Of a stretch of DNA of 64,000 nucleotides, positions 19,954 through 28,016 are shown one piece after another. The stretch is from an uncultured Acidobacteriota bacterium (GTDB lineage Bacteria > Acidobacteriota > JAQAZP01): NCBI GenBank assembly GCA_963836075.1, contig CAWIIB010000009.1, positions 1,280,001 to 1,344,000 of the forward strand, given 5' to 3'. Made by a program: the position numbers and the translations under genes. Position 1 is the stretch's first letter. Each line of letters opens with the position of its first letter. The notes under the pieces were generated by a model. That model searched no databases. It worked only from the letters and a program-made list of their open reading frames with translations, and had not been told where the DNA came from.

Positions 19954-20933
19954 TGTCCACCCTCTCCCCAGGCCGCCGGTACGGTGTAGGCCTCTCCGGC
20001 CAGCGGCGGCCGGGTGGTCAGTTCCTGCCCGTTGGCCAGCCGGGTGACGAACTGCCCGCAGTTGCTGCCAATGGCGTTCTCCCGCAGCTCGCCGATACTG
20101 AGAATCACCTTGAACCCCTCCCGCTCCAGCTCCCGGACCAGCGGGCCGGCGGTGTCCGGGTCCCGGGGGTCGAAGCCGGAGCGGAGGCCAGAGGCCAGGG
20201 CCCGCTCGGTGGGGTTGAGTGGGGTCAGCTTGACCATGAAGCGCGTTGGGTCGAAGTGATGGCGGAGCACCGCGGCGTCGATGGGCATCCCTTCGATGAC
20301 GGTGAAGTTGAGGGTGATCTTCTTGTCCCCCGGCCGGTGGAAGCGGCGGCCGTACTCGGCGATCCGCGCCAGGCCCCAGCGGGGCACCGGCAGCAGGCGT
20401 TCCCGGGCCGCTTCGTCGGTGGAGTGGATGGAGAACTGCATCTGAAACCGCCCGCCGGCGTAGAGCCGGTCCTTGATATCCCGGATGGTCTCCAGCATCT
20501 GCCCGCAACTGCGGGGGGCGATGGTGGAGAGGCAGGGTTCGAGACCCGGGGCGTCGACAATTCCGGGCAGCCGCTCCAGCACTTCGGGGATCGCAGGGTT
20601 GTAGAGCGGTTCGCCCATCCTCGCGAACTGGATCTTGAACCGCGGCACCGGCACCTGCATGCCGGGGTAGCGGCGGCGGACCATGTGGGTGATCTGTTCC
20701 AGGATCTCGTCGGCGGTGAGCCGGCCGCGATATCCCCCGCCGGCGTCGCACATGGCGCAGCCGGCGGGACAGCCAAAGAGCGAGGAGACGATGAGTACCC
20801 ACTTCTGCTCCCGGGGCAGCGGCGGCTGGAGTGATTCGACGAACTCCACCAGCGAGGAGGGGTCATCCTCCCGCATCCGGGCCACGTAGACCCGGGCCAG
20901 GGCGTCATCGCCAAACTCTTTCTCCACGATCAT
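19950..20933 (-). CDS. RlmN/Cfr-like radical SAM protein (short form)
   Basis: VSSLFGCPAGCAMC, RMGEPLYN, QFSIHS, C-terminal NCGQ. Confidence 0.85.
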   Translation of the reverse strand: MIVEKEFGDDALARVYVARMREDDPSSLVEFVESLQPPLPREQKWVLIVSSLFGCPAGCAMCDAGGGYRGRLTADEILEQITHMVRRRYPGMQVPVPRFKIQFARMGEPLYNPAIPEVLERLPGIVDAPGLEPCLSTIAPRSCGQMLETIRDIKDRLYAGGRFQMQFSIHSTDEAARERLLPVPRWGLARIAEYGRRFHRPGDKKITLNFTVIEGMPIDAAVLRHHFDPTRFMVKLTPLNPTERALASGLRSGFDPRDPDTAGPLVRELEREGFKVILSIGELRENAIGSNCGQFVTRLANGQELTTRPPLAGEAYTVPAAWGEGGQ

Positions 20934-21853
20934 GGCCAACCTCTCGCCCGGGCCAGCCGGGCCGCTGCGTGCATGGCGGCCAGCACCCCCTCGCCCGCGG
21001 CGATGGACATCTGGCGGAAACGGCCGTGGGCCGCGTCCCCGGCCAGGTAGAGCGCCGGCAGCGATCCGTCGGCCGCCCCATCATCATAGCAACCCGGACG
21101 GAGCGGATCGAGGCCTTCGGCCAGCGCGGCATCCGGGTCACGGCCCACTGCGGCCAGGAGCGCATCACCGGTAAACCTGAGTTCCTCCGTTTCACCCTCC
21201 CGCCGGCAGATGAGGTCGGCCGTGCCGCCGTGGTCGCGAGACAGGCGCAGCGGTCCGGTTCGGGTGAGCAACTCAATGGCCGGAACCGCCGCGACACGCT
21301 CCAGGAGCAGCGGCAGGCACCGCGGTTCAGCCCCCCGAATTATAACTACCGGCTTCAATCCCCATTGGGCGCACGTAAGCGCGTAATCGAACGCGGCATC
21401 CCCGCCCCCCACGATCAGCACATTGCTGCCCGGGGCAAGCCGCGGAAGACGGCTGACTTCATAGTGCAGCAATCGTTCCCGCTGAGCCTCTTCTGCGCCC
21501 TCCAGCGGCAGGGGCCGCGGCCGGGAGCCAGTGGCCAGCAGCACGGCTTTTGCGGATATCGTCTCCCGGGATGTTTCGGCATGGAACAGCCATTCCGAAC
21601 GCCGAAGAGCGGTCACTTCTGAAATCTCGTGTGGCACGCCGCTGCGCTCCAGGTGCTTGAGCAACAGCCCGGCCACCTCCGGTCCGCCCATCGGCCGTGG
21701 CAGTCCGGGGTGGTTCTCCACCAGGTTGGCATTCCAGATCAGCCCGCCGATCCGCTCCCGCTCCACCAGCAGGGTGTTGAGCCCCGAGCGCTGGGCCTGA
21801 ACCGCTCCGGCCACCCCGGCCGGACCGCCGCCGATCACCAGCAGGTCAATCAT
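20930..21853 (-). CDS. TrxB-like FAD/NAD(P)-dependent oxidoreductase lacking CxxC
   Basis: GGGPAG, VENHPG, LATGS, VGGGDAAFD, LYLAGD, RQMSIAAGEG. No redox CxxC. Confidence 0.85.
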   Translation of the reverse strand: MIDLLVIGGGPAGVAGAVQAQRSGLNTLLVERERIGGLIWNANLVENHPGLPRPMGGPEVAGLLLKHLERSGVPHEISEVTALRRSEWLFHAETSRETISAKAVLLATGSRPRPLPLEGAEEAQRERLLHYEVSRLPRLAPGSNVLIVGGGDAAFDYALTCAQWGLKPVVIIRGAEPRCLPLLLERVAAVPAIELLTRTGPLRLSRDHGGTADLICRREGETEELRFTGDALLAAVGRDPDAALAEGLDPLRPGCYDDGAADGSLPALYLAGDAAHGRFRQMSIAAGEGVLAAMHAAARLARARGWP

Positions 21854-22532
21854 CCATGCCCCCGGTTCTCATTTGATCCAACAGGTCTTCTGTCCGGGCG
21901 AGACAGGCGAAACCGTGGCCCAGCGCCCGCAGCGATCCGAGGTGCAGCGCTTCGCTGGCCGAAGCAGTGGCATCGGTGGCCAGCACCACCTCGTAGTCCC
22001 GGATGAAGGCCTCGCGGGCACTGCTCTCCACACAGAGGTGGGTCATCACTCCGGCGATCACCACCCGCTCCGTCCCCAGTTCCCGCAGACGTTCCGCCAG
22101 CCCGGTTCCCATGAAGGCGCTGTATCGTGTCTTGCGCAGCACCGGAGCCCCGGCCGCCGCCTCGGCCACCACCGGGTCCAGCAGGGCGTCACCGGTTCCC
22201 TCACGCACGGTGTCGCGCCACCAGCGGGCCATCGCTCCCGGGTCCTCGCCGTCGGCCACGGCGTGGCGGGTGAGGACCACCGGCGCGCCGGCGGCCCGCC
22301 AGGCCTGGATCAGCGAGACCACGTTGGGCAGCACGCAGCGGCCGGCCGGGAGATAGGCGTGGGAGCGCTCCTCGAGAAAGAAACGCTGCATGTCGATCAC
22401 CAGCAGGGCGGTTTTCCCGGCCAGCAGCGGCTCCGGGCGGCGGCCGATCCCCATTGCGGCCAGTTCGGCCTCCCAGGCGCGGGCACGTACCTCGAGGGTC
22501 TGCGGTGTGATGTACAGGCCGGGATTCTCCAT
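21846..22532 (-). CDS. Isochorismatase-family cysteine hydrolase
   Basis: ALLVIDMQRFF, KTRYSAF and GVMTHLCVESSAR give the D-K-C triad. Confidence 0.9.
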   Translation of the reverse strand: MENPGLYITPQTLEVRARAWEAELAAMGIGRRPEPLLAGKTALLVIDMQRFFLEERSHAYLPAGRCVLPNVVSLIQAWRAAGAPVVLTRHAVADGEDPGAMARWWRDTVREGTGDALLDPVVAEAAAGAPVLRKTRYSAFMGTGLAERLRELGTERVVIAGVMTHLCVESSAREAFIRDYEVVLATDATASASEALHLGSLRALGHGFACLARTEDLLDQMRTGGMDD

Positions 22533-22924
22533 GAGTGATCGCCTCCAGGTCCCCGGGACGGGATCCCGGGCCTTGACAGGCGGCCATCTTACGAGCCGTT
22601 TCACGGTGGCGTCAAGGGTGTTGCCGGTACAAAAAAGAAAGCGGAAAGGATCTTTCCCCTTTACGGCGGGCCAGTGAGGATTTATATTGGAAAAAGATGA
22701 CCGCTTGACTTGGACGTCAAGGGGAGCCCGGTGCGGCGAAGCCGGGTTGCAGCTGCTCCGCCGCACCTGAAGCAGGGTGTTTTAAAAAATATGGGGCCCG
22801 GGATCCCGGATAGCCATTCCAGAGGGGAATTGCCGGGTTGCCTTGCCTTGGATAATCCCCCGTAGTTCCCCGGGCCCCATGCAATTGTGTTCGTCTTTTT
22901 TCGAACCCCATTCCCTATTCACGC

Positions 22925-23617
22925 CTAGTGACAGACGCTCCAGGGACTGGTGTCTCCTCCCCGGCAGACCTCGCGGGTTTCCGTTGTGCCGGTGGAGGGT
23001 CTGAAATACTGGTACGTGGCGCTGAGGTAGTCGTGCTCGCCAGACGGTACGTCGACGGTCACCGTACCGATCACGTTGTCCAGAACGATGCTGATCTGTT
23101 CCGCGGTTGTCCAGGAGACCCCGGTGCAACTGGCGTAGAAGGCTGCTCCCGTGCCATCGGCCCGCTGTCGAAACCAGACCAGATGGCACTGGCCGAAATC
23201 GTCATATTGAACGTAGGGCTGATGATCGGAAAAACCCAGGCCCCCGGCAGTGATGGCCGCCGGTTCGCTGAACTCGCCTCGTTGGAGTGCCGAACGGAAA
23301 ATCCGGTATTCGGTGCCCACCTGACGGGACCAGTAAACCACCGGTTTTCCGGAAAGCGGATCGAGGGCAATCACCGGATCCTGGTCGAGGATGGAGTCCT
23401 GGGTGACCCAGATGGCACGCTCATCATTGCCGTTGACGATCAGCCGCAGGTCCCAGCCACTTGAACTCTTGTTGAAATCACGTACCACCATCCATACGGT
23501 GCCGTGGTCATCGACAATGCTGTCGGCCACGGCGGGCGCGGAAACAATTAGAACCGCGGCAAAGACGGCGATCAGGAAGATCAAACTGTTGGTCGTTGGT
23601 TTCATCTGTTCTTTCAC
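22925..23617 (-). CDS. Hypothetical secreted protein
   Basis: Signal peptide (..APAVA-D) and two DP.I....V.W.R-like repeats. The start may be ATG 23605. Confidence 0.6.
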   Translation of the reverse strand: MKEQMKPTTNSLIFLIAVFAAVLIVSAPAVADSIVDDHGTVWMVVRDFNKSSSGWDLRLIVNGNDERAIWVTQDSILDQDPVIALDPLSGKPVVYWSRQVGTEYRIFRSALQRGEFSEPAAITAGGLGFSDHQPYVQYDDFGQCHLVWFRQRADGTGAAFYASCTGVSWTTAEQISIVLDNVIGTVTVDVPSGEHDYLSATYQYFRPSTGTTETREVCRGGDTSPWSVCH

Positions 23618-23863
23618 GATAGGTTGTGTTTCGATACACGCGGACCACGATTGAGTATCCGCCCTGGATTTACTATATGTTCCCGCATACTCGATGTCAA
23701 GAGAAAAATCAACATCTTGTTTATATTCTTCATCATGAGTAATTCTAATGATATGATTATAAATATATTATTTGATTCTCCCCATTTATGTGCCATGGTG
23801 TGCTGCGCAAATCAGAGATCAACTGATACTTGATGCCTGCCCCCGGAGGGGGGGGAGTGTTTT

Positions 23864-23953
23864 GGGGACGTACATGAATTTATGACTTTTTCAGGCCAGG
23901 ATGCGGGTGGTTGGCGCTGAAAGCGAAAAAGTCATAAATTCATGTACGTCCCC
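23864..23953. repeat. Perfect 29-bp inverted repeat element (GGGACGTACATGAATTTATGA family), copy 1
   Basis: Arms 23864-23892 and 23925-23953 are exact reverse complements around a 32-nt spacer. Confidence 0.9.
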
Positions 23954-24030
23954 GGCATTGTCCGCGACAGCGGCCTGCTATATATTGTCGTAACGGAGCA
24001 TGAACGATTTTTCCAGGAGGAACGGGGGTC

Positions 24031-24510
24031 ATGGGCTCGCTGCAGGAAGAACTGATGAAAGCCAGGCTGGTGGACAAGAAGCAGCGGAAAAAGGCTGCCC
24101 ACGAGAAGCGTGTCCACCAGAGCAAGGTCGGCCGGGAGGGGCTGGAGAAAGAGAAGCTGGAGAAGGAGCGTCGGCTGGAGGCCGAGGCCGAAGAAAAACG
24201 AGCCAGGGACCGGCAGATCGATGAAGAGCGAAAAAAGGCCCTCGAGCAGGCGAGCAGCGGGAACCGGTTGAAATCGCTGATCGCCGAGGCCACGCTGCAG
24301 GGCTTTGGCGGCGCTCGGCGGTTCTCCTATGTCAACCGCAACAACCGGGTCCCCTTCCTCGAGGTGAGCGACGATGCTGCCCGCCGGCTGACTCACGGTG
24401 AGCTGGCCATCATTGAAACGGAAGAGGGCAAGGTGGGGTTGGTGCCCGGCACCGCCGCCCGGGAGATCGTTGAGCTGGATGGCGAAATTGTACGCTTCTG
24501 GAACCGCTAG
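24031..24510 (+). CDS. DUF2058/YaiL-like protein
   Basis: MGSLQEELMKARLVDKKQ, coiled region ending RARDRQIDEER, RRLTHGELAI. Confidence 0.7.
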   Translation: MGSLQEELMKARLVDKKQRKKAAHEKRVHQSKVGREGLEKEKLEKERRLEAEAEEKRARDRQIDEERKKALEQASSGNRLKSLIAEATLQGFGGARRFSYVNRNNRVPFLEVSDDAARRLTHGELAIIETEEGKVGLVPGTAAREIVELDGEIVRFWNR

Positions 24511-26606
24511 TCTTCCACTTCAGCCTCGCTGACCCCCAGGGCATCGCGGCGGGACAGTTTCAGCTTCCCCCGGTCGTCCACTCCCAGCACCCGCACCAGG
24601 ATTTTTTCTCCCTCGCGAACCACGTCGGAAGTGCGTTCCACCCTCTCCTTGTCCAGCTCCGAGATGTGGACCAGCCCTTCGGTGCTGTCCATGATCCGGA
24701 CAAAAGCACCGAATTCTTTCACCGAAACCACCTCGCCGCGGTAGACTTTGCCCACCTCCGGGTCATCAGTGATCTGGCGGATGCGCGCCATGGCCTGGCT
24801 TCCCAATACGCCGTCCGTGGCAAAGAGCCGGACCAGCCCGTCGTCAGAGATATCGATTTTGGCCTGGTAGGTTTCCTGGATCTCCTGGATCGTTTTGCCC
24901 CCCTTGCCGATCAGGTCCCTGATCCGGGCGGGGTTGATCCGGTGGGACATCACCCGCGGCGCGTAGTCCGACAACTCTTCCCGCGGGCCGGTAAGCGCCC
25001 GGGCCATCTCGGTCAGGATGTGCAGCCGGGCGGTGCGGGCCTGGGTCAGTGCCTTGTCCAGAATCGTTCGGTCCAGGCCGCCCACCTTGTTGTCCATCTG
25101 CAGCGCAGTGACCCCGGATTCGGTGCCGGTGACCTTGAAGTCCATGTCGCCCAGGTGGTCCTCATCACCGAGGATGTCGGTGAGCACGTGGATCTCCCCT
25201 TCCTCCTGGATCAGTCCCATGGCGATGCCGGCCACCGGGCTGGAGATCGGCACGCCGGCGTCCATCAGGGCCAGGCAGCCGCCGCAGACGGAGGCCATGG
25301 AGGAGGAGCCGTTGGATTCGCTGATTTCGGAGACCACGCGGATGGCGTAGGGGAAGGCCTCTTCGCCCGGCAGTACCGGCTGGAGGGCCCGGCGGGCCAG
25401 GTTGCCGTGGCCGATCTCCCGCCGGCCCGGGCCGCGAACCGGGCGGGTTTCGCCCACGCTGTACGGCGGGAAGTTGTAGTGCAGCAGGAAACTGTGGTGC
25501 TCTTCGCCGAACAGTGTCTCCACCAGCTGGCGGTCCCGGGTGGTGCCCAGGGTGGTGGTGACCAGGGCCTGGGTCTCGCCCCGGGTGAAGATGGCCGAAC
25601 CGTGGGCTCGCGGCAGCCACCCCACCCGGCAGTTGATCGGCCGCACCTGGTCCAGCGGTCTCCCGTCGATCCGCACGCCCTCCCGGGCGATCATCCGGCG
25701 CACCACCTGGTGGTGCAGCTCACTGAACAGCGAGGCCGCCTCGGCGATGCGCTGCGTGTCGCCGTCGGGGCAGAGGGCGGCCAGCGTTTCCTCGCGCACC
25801 TTTGCCACGGCCAGGCTCCGCTCCTGCTTTACCGGTGTGCAGACCGCTTCCCGGAGCGGCGCGGCGGCCAGCTTCTCCAGTTCCTCGGCCAGTTCCCGGT
25901 TCACGGCCGGCGGCTCGAAGGCCCTCTTCTCCCGGCCCACTTCCTCACGCCAGCGGTTCATCAGTTCCAGTGCCGGGGCCACCGCATCCTGGGCGAAGAA
26001 GAGAGCCTGGGCCACCTCCGCTTCCGGCACTTCCCGGGCCTCACCTTCCACCATGGACAGCCCGTCCGGACCTGATGTGACCACCAGCTCCAGGTCGGCC
26101 CGTGCCCGATCACTCTGGCCGGGGTTGACCAGCAGGTTGCCGTCCACCCGGGCCACCCGGATTCCGGCGGCCGGCCCGTTCCACGGAATGTCGGAGATGT
26201 GCAGGGCCAGGGGTACGCCGATCAGGGTCAGCACCGAGGGATCGATGTCCGGACCGCAACTCAGCGTGGTGACGATCACCTGGGTCTCATTGCGGTAGCC
26301 GTCGGGAAAGAGGGGGCGGATCGAGCGGTCGGCCAGCCGGCAGGCCAGGACCTCCTGGTCGGTGGACCGCGCTTCGCGCTTGAGGAACCCGCCGGGAAAC
26401 TTGCCCGCGGCCCATTTGCCTTCGCGGTAGTCCACGGTGAGGGGGAAAAAGTCGATGCCCTCCCGGGCCTTGCGGGCCCCCACCACCGTGGCCAGGATCA
26501 TGGTCTCACCCTGGCGGACGATCACCGCGCCGTCGGCCTGACGGGCGATGGCACCGGTTTCCAGGGATATTTCCGTACCGGCCAGGGAAATGGTTTCACT
26601 CTTCAT
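24507..26606 (-). CDS. pnp: Polyribonucleotide nucleotidyltransferase
   Basis: FFPLTVDYRE, DRSIRPLFP, HGSAIFTRGETQ, RREIGHG, ESNGSSSMASVC, DHLGDMDFKV, then KH and S1 domains. Confidence 0.96.
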   Translation of the reverse strand: MKSETISLAGTEISLETGAIARQADGAVIVRQGETMILATVVGARKAREGIDFFPLTVDYREGKWAAGKFPGGFLKREARSTDQEVLACRLADRSIRPLFPDGYRNETQVIVTTLSCGPDIDPSVLTLIGVPLALHISDIPWNGPAAGIRVARVDGNLLVNPGQSDRARADLELVVTSGPDGLSMVEGEAREVPEAEVAQALFFAQDAVAPALELMNRWREEVGREKRAFEPPAVNRELAEELEKLAAAPLREAVCTPVKQERSLAVAKVREETLAALCPDGDTQRIAEAASLFSELHHQVVRRMIAREGVRIDGRPLDQVRPINCRVGWLPRAHGSAIFTRGETQALVTTTLGTTRDRQLVETLFGEEHHSFLLHYNFPPYSVGETRPVRGPGRREIGHGNLARRALQPVLPGEEAFPYAIRVVSEISESNGSSSMASVCGGCLALMDAGVPISSPVAGIAMGLIQEEGEIHVLTDILGDEDHLGDMDFKVTGTESGVTALQMDNKVGGLDRTILDKALTQARTARLHILTEMARALTGPREELSDYAPRVMSHRINPARIRDLIGKGGKTIQEIQETYQAKIDISDDGLVRLFATDGVLGSQAMARIRQITDDPEVGKVYRGEVVSVKEFGAFVRIMDSTEGLVHISELDKERVERTSDVVREGEKILVRVLGVDDRGKLKLSRRDALGVSEAEVED

Positions 26607-26609
26607 TGA

Positions 26610-27878
26610 TCACTCCGCGTCGGGGCCGGGGGGGAAGATGATATACATCCCGTCATCACTCATCTTCGCGTCACCGGGAACCGGGTATCGTTCGTAGAGG
26701 CTGATTTCCAGCCGCTGGGCCAACTCGCCGAAGCGTGCCTTTTTCAACGCCACCGTCCAGGGGACCATCAGCAGGTTGTCCCCCCGCTCCACCTTTTCAC
26801 CCTCCACCCGGAACTGGGCGGCCAGCTGCTCCAGGACCAGGGTCGTTGTCTGCTCGTCCGGGGTGCGGATAATCGCCGAGACCAGGGTGCCGTCGGGGGA
26901 GATGTCCTCGCAGGGACGTTTGACGTGACGCGCCTTGCGGGCCAGCCGGTTGGGGATCTGGGTCAGATACTTGCTGGCCATGCTGCAAAAGTGGACCGCG
27001 GTTTTGCTGCCCGGGGTCTCCAGGGTTTTGCGCATCATCGCCTGGGCTTTTTCCCTGCTGCCCAGGGTGTTGCGCAGGGTGGTGCCGAAACGGGCCGGGA
27101 TGTCGGTGCCAAAGACTTTCTCCGGTGGGGCCTCGAAGGGGATTTTTCGGCTCAACGGCTCTCCCGGCTGGAGGTCGGTCCTTTTGGCCACCCGCTGGAA
27201 GTCCTCATGATCGAAGTAGAGCAGCTCGTGAAGGTTGACGAACTCGGCACCCAGCTCGATGGCTTTCTCCACGATGCGGTCGGTGATGTCAGCGATGGGC
27301 AGGCTGGGAATCTCCACCGCCACGGTCCAGTCGTAGCTCCTGGCCCGCTCCACCAGGTGAGCTTCCTTGTACGAGGCGAGATGGCAACGGATCTCGTCCA
27401 CCCCGGCCCCGTGCATCCGGGTCATCTGTTCCTCGGTCATGTCGGCATTGGCGGTGAAGAACTGGATGTGGAAGTCGGGCCCGCACTCCTCGCGGAGTAG
27501 CCGGGCGTAGTGCTCGGCCCGGTCCATGTAGAGGGTTGGCTCGCCCCCGGTGAGACAGACCGCATCCGGGTCGCTGAAGCGGACCAGCCTGAACAGGTCC
27601 TCGTCGCTGTTGATGGTGAACTCGTCACCCCGGGTCAGGTCGGAACCCATGGGGTTCGAACAGTAGAAACAGTTCTTGTGGCATTTTTCGCCGATGGTGA
27701 GGCAGAGCCGGCCGCCCATCAGACAGCGGCGGCACCCCTCGGGCAGAAAGTGCGCCCACAGATTGAAATCCGGTTTTATCTGTTCCCGGTGGCCGCCAAG
27801 CAACCGTTGCCAGAGGTTGCTGGCCTGGTCCGGGCTGATCATCCCCGGGGTGTCGTTTGTATCGTGATCTATGCTCAT
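26610..27878 (-). CDS. Radical SAM protein of unknown function
   Basis: LPEGCRRC..G, CHKNCFYC, LTGGEP, DEIRCH, VAVEIPSLP, FVNLHEL, VHFCS...K. Resembles the uncharacterised PFL-activase-related family common in archaea. Confidence 0.8.
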   Translation of the reverse strand: MSIDHDTNDTPGMISPDQASNLWQRLLGGHREQIKPDFNLWAHFLPEGCRRCLMGGRLCLTIGEKCHKNCFYCSNPMGSDLTRGDEFTINSDEDLFRLVRFSDPDAVCLTGGEPTLYMDRAEHYARLLREECGPDFHIQFFTANADMTEEQMTRMHGAGVDEIRCHLASYKEAHLVERARSYDWTVAVEIPSLPIADITDRIVEKAIELGAEFVNLHELLYFDHEDFQRVAKRTDLQPGEPLSRKIPFEAPPEKVFGTDIPARFGTTLRNTLGSREKAQAMMRKTLETPGSKTAVHFCSMASKYLTQIPNRLARKARHVKRPCEDISPDGTLVSAIIRTPDEQTTTLVLEQLAAQFRVEGEKVERGDNLLMVPWTVALKKARFGELAQRLEISLYERYPVPGDAKMSDDGMYIIFPPGPDAE

Positions 27879-28016
27879 TACCGGCCCCCTTCCACTGCGT
27901 CGGCGGCGATTCGGAATTTCCCGCGGGGCGGGAAAACGGAGCACTCACTATAGGGTGAGGGGTCAAACCTTGTCAACGAAGGGGAAACGGCTGTTCGGAC
28001 GCAGCCTGGGAAGAGG

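Noticed and set aside
19954-20802. Apparent 283-aa N-terminal extension of the adenosine deaminase
   Set aside because: Arg/Pro-rich alternative frame overlapping the radical SAM gene; the real start is most likely ATG 19953.
22740-22775. SRP-RNA-like or SAM-riboswitch-like words
   Set aside because: Only partial resemblance (CAGG...AGCAG); the required tetraloop and helices could not be built.
23620-23830. AT-rich island with short ORFs
   Set aside because: Most simply a divergent promoter region; the ORFs lack coding features.
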